From assembly GCA_044348665.1 (NCBI GenBank), contig JBIKSI010000001.1, positions 19,784 through 83,783 of the forward strand: a stretch of DNA of 64,000 bases, in the 5' to 3' direction. The notes under the pieces are model-generated. The model was not told the origin of the DNA. It did no database searches and saw only the letters and a list, made by a program, of their open reading frames with translations. Shown here one piece after another: positions 56,460 through 64,000 of this stretch; position 1 is the stretch's first letter, and the number at the start of each line of letters is the position of its first letter. The DNA is from Crocinitomicaceae bacterium. Lineage in GTDB: Bacteria > Bacteroidota > Bacteroidia > Flavobacteriales_D > Crocinitomicaceae. Both the position numbers and the translations under genes were made by a program.

Positions 56460-58685
56460 TTAAATTTGATTTTCAACACGATATGGAATGGAAATTAAAA
56501 CTTTTGTTCCAGTTTCTTCTACTTTATCGTAATCTTCAATTTGCATAAAACCATCTGAACGGTACTTTTTATTCAAATTATCAATTCGATCTTTAGTAAT
56601 TTTCATCGCCATACTTTTGTGTTCCTTACTTTTTTTATTCAATTCAGAACCTTTTCTTCCAATTCCATTGTCTTCCACCGTAATGTTTAACATATTTTGG
56701 TTTTTGAAAAAATGAATATGAATAAACCCATCCTCTTTCAAATGTAATCTTCCGTGTTCAATAGCATTTTCAATGAAAGGTTGTGTAATCATTGGAGGAA
56801 TAATCGCTTCTTCTTCGTACAATTGCTCGTCAATTTTTATGTCATATTCAAATCGATCTTCGAAACGCATTTTTTGAATATTCAAGTACTTATCTAAAAT
56901 TTCAAATTCTGTTCGAATTGGAATTGATTCCTTGGATGAATTTTCCAAAATTAAACGCATCAATTTGGAGAAATTGACCAAAAATTTTGCTGAGTTTTTC
57001 GTGTCATTGTCGTAAATGTAACTTTGAATTACAGACATGGCATTAAAAACGAAATGCGGATTCATTTGAGCTCGCAATAAGGTTTGATTCATCTCCGCTT
57101 GCTGCTGTTGCTGTTTTATTTTTGTTTGATCCCAGCGGTAAAAACCTATGATTCCTGCTAAAAGCATTAAAATGACAAAACCAAAAATAATGTAGGTTTG
57201 CAAGTTTGTTTTCAGCTCGGCATTTTCTAAAAGCGAGGTATTTAATGCAATTTTTTGTCGCTGACGTTCAATGGAATCGGATTTCATAATATTTTCACGC
57301 TCCCTTTGTTCGGAACGATACAACTCACTCAATTCGGCGATTTTTGCACTCGACTCCAATGTTTTCGCACTGTCTGAATAATCTGCATACATTTTCAAAT
57401 ATTTGTAGGCAAGTACTTGATTTCCCGTTTTAAAATAAACATTCGAAATCGTCTGATAAGTAGGATACACAGAACCTTTGTAACCAAACTGAGAGCGAAT
57501 TTGTACGGAACGATTCAAATAATTCAAGGCATTGTCGTATTTTCCTTGTTTCTCAAAAACGTATCCGACATTGTGGTAAACCGTGGCAATTTTTTCTTGA
57601 TTCGAGCTCGACTCAAAGTAAACCAAAGCCTTGTTATAATTACTTAATGCCTTAGGAAAATCTTTCAATTCTCTGAAAATATCACCAATGGTATTGTGTG
57701 CATTTCCCAATCCATCATTATCGTTGTATGGTTGCAACAATTTTAAAGCTTTTCGTTGATAATCAAGTGCTTTGCTGTAATCTTTTTTATTTTTGTAAAC
57801 AATTCCAAGGTTAATTTGAGAAAGTGCAACTGTTCTTTTATCTTTAATTTTTGAGGCATTTTCTATGGCATTCAAAAAGTATAATTCTGCTTCCTTGAAA
57901 TTTTGAATGGATAATTGTGCTTCACCAATATCTACCGAGTATTTTGCCATTCTGGAATAATCTCCTTCTTCAGTGGCAAGTTGTAAAGCCAAGTAGTTTT
58001 TCGAAACACTCAATTCAATTTGACCAAAATAATTGTAAATAGTAGCTTGATTATTAAAGGCTTGAGATAAAACTTTCTTATTGGCAGAACGACGCGCAAA
58101 CTGAATGGCTTCAATGGAGAAATAATTCGCTGAATCTTTCTGATTTTCAAACATATACGCTTGAGAAATCATGCAAAATGTTTTTGAAATTTCTTTATTA
58201 TTCCGCAACCTTTTTGACAATTTGATGGCATCTTTCAAGTACTTTTGAGCTGAACTTAATTCCCGATGATACAAATGATAATCGCCCAAGCGCTGGTAAA
58301 TGTCTAATTTTATGTCTTGACTAGGAAGTTGACTTAAAAAAGATTGTAGATCAAGAACCTTGGAGAAATAAGTATCTTTGTCGCCGTTCGCCAAATCGAT
58401 TTCTGCCTCAAAAACTTGAGAAAGATAACGTGCCGAATCACTTGAACTGTAACTCAAGGTTACCAAAGACTTACTTATTGAGTCTGCCCTCTCAATATTG
58501 TTTTGTTGGTAAAACTTAGCCAATTTATACAATTTCCAAAAGCGTTTTTCTGGATTTTCTTCTTGCTTGTATTCTTTTATTAATTTTTTTTCATTCTGAT
58601 TTTGACCAAATAAATTTGATTTTTGCAATAAAATAATGCAAAGAAATAGAATAAATTTTTGAGCAAAAAGTACCTTGTGTTTCAT
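56460..58685 (-). CDS. TPR-containing sensor histidine kinase (LytS/YehU-type His_kinase domain)
   Basis: Signal peptide, about 400 aa of TPR-like repeats, one TM helix (IIFGFVILMLLAGIIGFY), then LRAQMNPHFVFNAMSVIQSYI and an ATPase region (ENAIEHG...EDNGIG). Confidence 0.85.
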   Translation of the reverse strand: MKHKVLFAQKFILFLCIILLQKSNLFGQNQNEKKLIKEYKQEENPEKRFWKLYKLAKFYQQNNIERADSISKSLVTLSYSSSDSARYLSQVFEAEIDLANGDKDTYFSKVLDLQSFLSQLPSQDIKLDIYQRLGDYHLYHRELSSAQKYLKDAIKLSKRLRNNKEISKTFCMISQAYMFENQKDSANYFSIEAIQFARRSANKKVLSQAFNNQATIYNYFGQIELSVSKNYLALQLATEEGDYSRMAKYSVDIGEAQLSIQNFKEAELYFLNAIENASKIKDKRTVALSQINLGIVYKNKKDYSKALDYQRKALKLLQPYNDNDGLGNAHNTIGDIFRELKDFPKALSNYNKALVYFESSSNQEKIATVYHNVGYVFEKQGKYDNALNYLNRSVQIRSQFGYKGSVYPTYQTISNVYFKTGNQVLAYKYLKMYADYSDSAKTLESSAKIAELSELYRSEQRERENIMKSDSIERQRQKIALNTSLLENAELKTNLQTYIIFGFVILMLLAGIIGFYRWDQTKIKQQQQQAEMNQTLLRAQMNPHFVFNAMSVIQSYIYDNDTKNSAKFLVNFSKLMRLILENSSKESIPIRTEFEILDKYLNIQKMRFEDRFEYDIKIDEQLYEEEAIIPPMITQPFIENAIEHGRLHLKEDGFIHIHFFKNQNMLNITVEDNGIGRKGSELNKKSKEHKSMAMKITKDRIDNLNKKYRSDGFMQIEDYDKVEETGTKVLISIPYRVENQI

Positions 58686-58715
58686 TTCAGCGACTAAGAT
58701 AATTTATTTTTATGT

Positions 58716-58723
58716 TATCTTTG
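58716..58723 (+). promoter_or_regulatory. Candidate -7 box (TATCTTTG) for leuS
   Basis: TAnnTTTG match 27 nt upstream of the ATG at 58751. It lies inside the ORF-track N-terminal extension (start 58712). Confidence 0.5.
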
Positions 58724-58750
58724 CTCGTTTTTAGAAATAAATCCCACGCA

Positions 58751-61702
58751 ATGGAATACAATCACATCGAGATCGAACAAAAATGGCGCAAACATTGGGC
58801 TGAAAATCAAACGTTTAAAGCTGAAAATAGCAGCACAAAACCTAAGTTTTACGCTTTAGATATGTTTCCTTATCCTTCTGGTGCTGGTTTGCATGTGGGA
58901 CATCCATTAGGCTACATTGCTTCGGATATTTATGCGAGATACAAACGTTTGCAAGGATTTAATGTCTTGCATCCAATGGGTTACGATTCCTTTGGTTTGC
59001 CAGCAGAACAATATGCCATTCAAACTGGTCAACATCCAGATAAAACAACACAAGAAAACATTTTGCGTTACCGCGATCAATTGGATCAAATTGGTTTTTC
59101 CTTTGATTGGTCTCGTGAAGTAAGAACTTCAAGTCCAGAATATTACAAATGGACACAATGGATTTTTATTCAATTGTTTCATTCATGGTACAATCCAAAA
59201 AGCAATAAGGCTGAAAAAATTGAAACCTTAATTCATCTTTTTGAAACTGCTGGATTTAATGGAAATTCTGAAAGTCCATTGACTGGAGGAATCGAAGTAA
59301 ATATCGATCCTTTTACAGCTGATGAATGGGCAAATTTTGAAGAAACAAAAAAGCGAGGCATTTTGATGCATTTCAGATTGGCTTACTTAGATAATACCTG
59401 GGTAAACTGGTGTCCAGCCTTGGGAACAGTTTTGGCGAATGACGAAATTGTAAACGGTGTTTCTGAACGTGGTGGTCATCCTGTTGAACGCAAAAAAATG
59501 CAGCAGTGGAGCATGCGAATTACCGCTTATGCTGAACGATTATTGACAGGTTTAGACGGTTTAGACTGGAATGAATCCATTAAAGACATGCAACGCAATT
59601 GGATTGGAAAATCGAAGGGGTGTTCAATAGAATTTAGAGTTGAGAATTTAGAATTAAAAATTGAAGTCTTCACCACACGTCCTGATACCATTTTTGGGGT
59701 AAGTTATGTGACTTTAGCTCCTGAGCACGAATTGGTTGCGCAGTTGACGACTCCAGAAAACAAAGCAAAAATTGATGCTTATGTCGCTTATGCAAAAAAC
59801 AGAAGTGAACGTGAACGACAAGCTGATGTGAAAAACATCACAGGAGAATTTACGGGATCTTATGTTTTACATCCTTTTACAGGAGAAAAAATTCCTGTTT
59901 GGATTGGAGATTATGTTTTAGCTGGATATGGAACAGGTGCTGTAATGGCGGTTCCTGCTCATGACGAACGAGATTTTCGTTTTGCAAAACATTTTGACTT
60001 ACCACGACCAATTGTCGTGCAAGCCAATCAAGAATGGGATTTTGAAAAGGATGCTTATGGCGAAAAAAGTGGTAAATTGATCAATTCTGAATTTTTGAAC
60101 GGTTTAGACGTGAAAGATGCCATTGCGAAAGCGATTGACGAAATTGAAAAAGCCGGAATTGGACAAGGAAAGGTAAATTACCGTTTGCGTGATGCTGTTT
60201 TTGGCAGACAACGTTATTGGGGTGAACCAATTCCAATTTATTACAAAAATGGTCAGCCTTATTCAATAGACGAAAGCGATTTGCCTTTGAAATTACCAGA
60301 AGTGGATAAATATTTACCAACGGAAGACGGCGAACCACCTTTGGCTCGTGCAAAAGACTGGAAATACAAAGGAGAATTCGAATACGAAACGACAACTATG
60401 CCGGGTTGGGCTGGAAGTTCCTGGTACTTTTTGCGATACATGGATCCACACAACATGGACGAATTTGTAAGCAAAGAAAAAGCTGCCTATTGGAAACAAG
60501 TGGATTTGTATATCGGTGGAGCAGAACACGCAACTGGACATTTATTGTACAGCCGTTTCTGGACAAAATTCTTGTGTGATATGGGCTATATCACTTTTGA
60601 TGAACCTTTCCAAAAAATGATTAACCAAGGAATGATTTTGGGGAGAAGTAGTTTGGTGTATAAAGTTCCTCCTCTTTTTGTTTTTGGTAGTGAAACTCCT
60701 GAGGATGAAGTAAAATTACCAAATATTTTTATATCAAAATCTATAGTTGAAAAGCTAAATAATAAACTTTATTCTGAAAAGGAAATAATTTCGATTGAAG
60801 AAAAATGTAAGTCAACTTTTAAAAAATTAAATCCAAAAATTGAACTTCTTGATTTTGGTCCTCTAAATTGTTATCCTTCTCATGTGGATATTTCACTGGT
60901 TGACAATGACAAACTAAACATCGAAGCTTTTAAAAACTGGAGAGAAGAATACAAAAATGCAGAATTCATTTGTGAAGAAAATGGAGATTATATTTGCGGT
61001 TCAGAAGTAGAAAAAATGTCCAAATCCAAGTTTAACGTTCAAACTCCTGACGAGTTAGTATCAAAATTTGGTGCTGATACTTTGCGTATGTATGAAATGT
61101 TTTTGGGTCCATTGGAGCAATCGAAACCTTGGGATACGAAGGGAATCAATGGTGTTTCGAACTTTTTGAGAAAGTTGTGGCGTTTGTTTGCTTTTGATGA
61201 AGCTGGAAATCCAACGTTCTCGCAAGCTGAGCCTTCGAAAGACAATTTAAAAACCTTACACAAAACCATTCAGAAAGTAACGGACGATTTGAACCGTTTT
61301 TCATTCAATACGGGCGTTTCGAATTTCATGATATGTGTGAATGAATTGACAGAGCAAAAATGCAGTAACAAATATATTTTGGAACAATTGGTGATTTTAT
61401 TGTCACCTTATGCACCGCATATTTCAGAAGAACTGTGGGTAAAATTAGGTCACGAAGCAGGAACAATTTCCTATGCTACTTTCCCAACTTTCAATCCAGA
61501 ATATTTGGTTTCAGATGCTTTTTCTTATCCGATTTCATTTAACGGGAAAGTTCGTTTTAACTTGGAATTCCCAAGAACGATGAGTATGAAGGAAATTGAA
61601 GACTTGGTGTTGGCACATGAAAACACAGCAAAATACTTGGAAGGAAAAGCTCCGAAAAAGATGATTGTTGTGCCGGAGAGGATTGTGAATGTGGTGGTTT
61701 AG
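58751..61702 (+). CDS. leuS: Leucine--tRNA ligase
   Basis: MEYNHIEIEQKWRKHW at the N-terminus, the HIGH-type motif PYPSGAGLHVGHPLGY, a CP1 editing region and KMSKSKFN. 983 aa from the ATG at 58751. Confidence 0.95.
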   Translation: MEYNHIEIEQKWRKHWAENQTFKAENSSTKPKFYALDMFPYPSGAGLHVGHPLGYIASDIYARYKRLQGFNVLHPMGYDSFGLPAEQYAIQTGQHPDKTTQENILRYRDQLDQIGFSFDWSREVRTSSPEYYKWTQWIFIQLFHSWYNPKSNKAEKIETLIHLFETAGFNGNSESPLTGGIEVNIDPFTADEWANFEETKKRGILMHFRLAYLDNTWVNWCPALGTVLANDEIVNGVSERGGHPVERKKMQQWSMRITAYAERLLTGLDGLDWNESIKDMQRNWIGKSKGCSIEFRVENLELKIEVFTTRPDTIFGVSYVTLAPEHELVAQLTTPENKAKIDAYVAYAKNRSERERQADVKNITGEFTGSYVLHPFTGEKIPVWIGDYVLAGYGTGAVMAVPAHDERDFRFAKHFDLPRPIVVQANQEWDFEKDAYGEKSGKLINSEFLNGLDVKDAIAKAIDEIEKAGIGQGKVNYRLRDAVFGRQRYWGEPIPIYYKNGQPYSIDESDLPLKLPEVDKYLPTEDGEPPLARAKDWKYKGEFEYETTTMPGWAGSSWYFLRYMDPHNMDEFVSKEKAAYWKQVDLYIGGAEHATGHLLYSRFWTKFLCDMGYITFDEPFQKMINQGMILGRSSLVYKVPPLFVFGSETPEDEVKLPNIFISKSIVEKLNNKLYSEKEIISIEEKCKSTFKKLNPKIELLDFGPLNCYPSHVDISLVDNDKLNIEAFKNWREEYKNAEFICEENGDYICGSEVEKMSKSKFNVQTPDELVSKFGADTLRMYEMFLGPLEQSKPWDTKGINGVSNFLRKLWRLFAFDEAGNPTFSQAEPSKDNLKTLHKTIQKVTDDLNRFSFNTGVSNFMICVNELTEQKCSNKYILEQLVILLSPYAPHISEELWVKLGHEAGTISYATFPTFNPEYLVSDAFSYPISFNGKVRFNLEFPRTMSMKEIEDLVLAHENTAKYLEGKAPKKMIVVPERIVNVVV

Positions 61703-61894
61703 GAATTGGTTTTTGATTAAATATTGATTTAAATAAATCTTTTATTCCTCCTATAAACAATAGAATCGAATATTATTTGTCAAGGATTGATATAAAGCTT
61801 TTTTCAAAAACTAATTTCATGAAAGCAAAAAGCCTTTAGGATAAACTATTTTGCAGAATTTATTAAATTATTTAGATGTTTGCCTTCTATCTTG

Positions 61895-61902
61895 TATCTT
61901 TG
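61895..61902 (+). promoter_or_regulatory. Candidate -7 box (TATCTTTG)
   Basis: TAnnTTTG match 16 nt upstream of the ATG at 61919. Confidence 0.45.
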
Positions 61903-61918
61903 TAACAAAGTCGCATAA

Positions 61919-62398
61919 ATGGCAGAAGAAATATTTCTTATTGAAGGCACAAAAGAGGAAAAGTACAAGGCAATTTTGCCCCAAATTTTCGCATTAATTG
62001 AGCACGAAGATGATTTAATTGCTAATTTGGCCAATGTCAGTGCGGTACTAAAAGAAACCTTTAACTTTTTTTGGGTAGGGTTTTATTTGGTAAAAAAGGA
62101 CGAATTGGTTTTAGGACCATTTCAAGGTTCGCTTGCTTGTACACGTATCGCTTTTGGAAAAGGAGTTTGTGGTGCCGCTTGGAAACAAAAAGAAACGATT
62201 TTGGTACCAGATGTTGATTTATTTCCCGGACACATTGCTTGTAGCTCACTTTCAAGAAGTGAAATTGTGGTTCCAATTTCAAAAGTTGGGGAAATAGTTG
62301 CCGTGTTGGATGTTGACAGCGACAAGGAAAATGATTTTGATTTAATTGATAAAAAATATTTAGAGGAACTTTGCGCAGCGTTGGGAAATATCGTCTAA
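61919..62398 (+). CDS. msrC: GAF-domain free methionine-(R)-sulfoxide reductase (fRMsr/MsrC-like)
   Basis: FFWVGFYLVKKDELVLGPFQGSLACTRIAFGKGVCGAAW...VPDVDLFPGHIACSSLSRSEIVVPI...LDVDS matches the YebR/fRMsr family pattern, including the conserved Cys residues. Confidence 0.8.
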   Translation: MAEEIFLIEGTKEEKYKAILPQIFALIEHEDDLIANLANVSAVLKETFNFFWVGFYLVKKDELVLGPFQGSLACTRIAFGKGVCGAAWKQKETILVPDVDLFPGHIACSSLSRSEIVVPISKVGEIVAVLDVDSDKENDFDLIDKKYLEELCAALGNIV

Positions 62399-63945
62399 TT
62401 GTATTTTTGGCACTGCTAATTTTAAGTAGCTGCGCGCAAGTTGGTTCAATTTCTGGTGGACCAAAAGATGCTTATGCACCAAAAATTGTTGAAAATGGAG
62501 TTAATCCACCCAATGAAAGTGTAAATTTTTCAAGTAAAAAAATCACCATTGAATTTGATGAGTATATTAAGTTAAATCTTCCGCTTGAGAATATTGTTAT
62601 TGTTCCCAAGGGGATTAATATTGACGCAAAAATTGACAAGAAAAAACTAATTCTAGATTTAGAAGGTGAATTTCTTCCCAATACCACCTATCAAATTAGT
62701 TTAAATGGGGCAATTAAAGATGTCAATGAAGGCAATGACTCCTTGATGTTTTATGTTTTTTCAACTGGAAATCAAATTGATACTTTAAAATATAGCGGAA
62801 AAATTGCAGATGCTTACACAGGAGAAAGAATTAAAAATTGTTTCGTTGGACTTTATAATCCAGAGGATTCACTTAAAAACTCAAAAGCTAGTTATTTTGC
62901 AAAAACGAACGACTTAGGTGAATTTCAAATCAATTACTTAAAACCAGGGAAATTTAAAGTATTTGCTTTTCTAGACGCAAACAAAGACATGAATTTTCAG
63001 CTTTCTGAAAAGGCCGGTTTTAGAGATAGTATTTTGGAAATAAGTGAATCCAAGGTAGATTCAAATGCATTATTAATTTTTCAAAGTCCTTTACCTCAAA
63101 AAATTCAATCTAAATCATTCTTTTATCCTTCTTTGGTAAAATTGGGGGCAAATTATCCCCTTCAAAAAAGTGCTTTTTACTTTGAGAATCAATTACTTGA
63201 CCAAAATGCAATTTCATATTATTCAAATGATTCAATTGCGATTCTTTTGCCAAAAAAAAACGAAACAGATTTTTCACTTTTAAGTAAAAATGAGAATTCT
63301 ACTGACACCTTAAATTTTAAATATTTAGCTAGTTCTAGTTCAAAATTTTTCTGTGAAATGCAACCTGCAAATAAAGATATTTCGAAATCTAAATCGGCAT
63401 TATTTCTTTTTGCCGATGAGGTCATTTCCTACGATTCTTCTTTGATTCAGGTTTTTGACAGTGATTCAGTGCAACTTTTTCCAAAAATTTCATTCAATAA
63501 AAATTCATTTGCATTTTCGTTCTCTGATAGTATTACCAAAAATGTGCGCATCGATTTTCTGCCAAATTCACTTGGATTTTTAGCTTTGAATAATCAACCC
63601 AGTGAAAAGCTAAGTTATAATTTGATCAATAAGAGTTCACGAGAATATGGAATCATGCTTTTTAAAGATCTTGATTTACCAAAAGATGCTTTGGTGGAAT
63701 TTATTCTAAAAGATAAAGTTGTTTCCACTCGAACTATCAATTCTTTGCTCGATTATCCGAAGGAAGAAATGCTTGAACCAGGAGAATATTCATTTCGAAT
63801 AGTGATTGACAAAAATAAAAACTTTAAATGGGACGAGGGTTCAATTTTTGATGAAATTCAAGCAGAAAAAGTCTTACATTTTAAAGAAAAAGTTAAAATT
63901 CGTGCCAATTGGGAAACGGAAGTTGAGTTTGAAACATTAAAATAA
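62371..63945 (+). CDS. Ig-like (SbsA_Ig/Big_5-type) domain lipoprotein
   Basis: Signal plus lipobox LLILSSC, followed by GSISGGPKDAYAPKIVENGVNPPNESVNFSSKKITIEFDEYIKL, typical of this Bacteroidota lipoprotein family. The only available start is the TTG at 62371, which overlaps the upstream gene by 28 nt. Confidence 0.6.
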   Translation: MRSVGKYRLIVFLALLILSSCAQVGSISGGPKDAYAPKIVENGVNPPNESVNFSSKKITIEFDEYIKLNLPLENIVIVPKGINIDAKIDKKKLILDLEGEFLPNTTYQISLNGAIKDVNEGNDSLMFYVFSTGNQIDTLKYSGKIADAYTGERIKNCFVGLYNPEDSLKNSKASYFAKTNDLGEFQINYLKPGKFKVFAFLDANKDMNFQLSEKAGFRDSILEISESKVDSNALLIFQSPLPQKIQSKSFFYPSLVKLGANYPLQKSAFYFENQLLDQNAISYYSNDSIAILLPKKNETDFSLLSKNENSTDTLNFKYLASSSSKFFCEMQPANKDISKSKSALFLFADEVISYDSSLIQVFDSDSVQLFPKISFNKNSFAFSFSDSITKNVRIDFLPNSLGFLALNNQPSEKLSYNLINKSSREYGIMLFKDLDLPKDALVEFILKDKVVSTRTINSLLDYPKEEMLEPGEYSFRIVIDKNKNFKWDEGSIFDEIQAEKVLHFKEKVKIRANWETEVEFETLK

Positions 63946-64000
63946 TCATTTTGTCTGATAATCAAACATTTAATTCAGCATTCAAATCTTGGAAAATCTG

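Noticed and set aside
1-64000. Search for a genomic island, prophage, defence system, tRNA/rRNA genes or a CRISPR array
   Set aside because: I saw no integrase, transposase, recombinase, restriction or nuclease-helicase signatures, no tRNA-like GC-rich cloverleaf segments, no large inverted or direct terminal repeats, and no obvious compositional break. The window reads as core chromosome.

Overview
AT-rich chromosomal segment that looks like core genome of a Bacteroidota (Flavobacteriia-like) organism. Support for that call: two type IX secretion C-terminal sorting domains, a full alternative complex III (actABCDEF) operon fused to cytochrome c oxidase subunits II and I, and about a dozen TAnnTTTG -7 promoter boxes lying 13-47 nt upstream of start codons. 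Most of the window is housekeeping: ruvB, ppk1, an acyl-CoA carboxyltransferase, cysS, trpS, leuS, bioA, tsaC, a dihydroorotase, icd, purE, queG, nadK, a free Met-R-sulfoxide reductase and a LytTR two-component pair. I found no rRNA, tRNA, CRISPR array, transposase, integrase or recognisable phage-defence gene, so I cannot point to a clear novel system. The stretches I would look at again are: (1) a tightly packed minus-strand run bioA-tsaC-pyrC-sbtA-like permease-CutA/PII-fold protein-mini-MscS-beta-barrel protein, where the permease plus small PII-superfamily protein resembles cyanobacterial SbtA/SbtB but with a different small partner; (2) a LysR-divergent minus-strand cluster (2-TM protein, SPFH lipoprotein, 90-aa protein, icd, second mini-MscS, 81-aa paralog of the 90-aa protein); (3) a 1465-aa SprB-repeat adhesin with a type-B T9SS domain but no adjacent porP/sprF gene; (4) a C10 (streptopain-like) T9SS protease whose stop overlaps the start of a small lipoprotein gene; (5) an unusual 9 x 8-bp tandem repeat abutting the start codon of an M42 peptidase gene. 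All family calls come from motif recognition by eye and need database confirmation.
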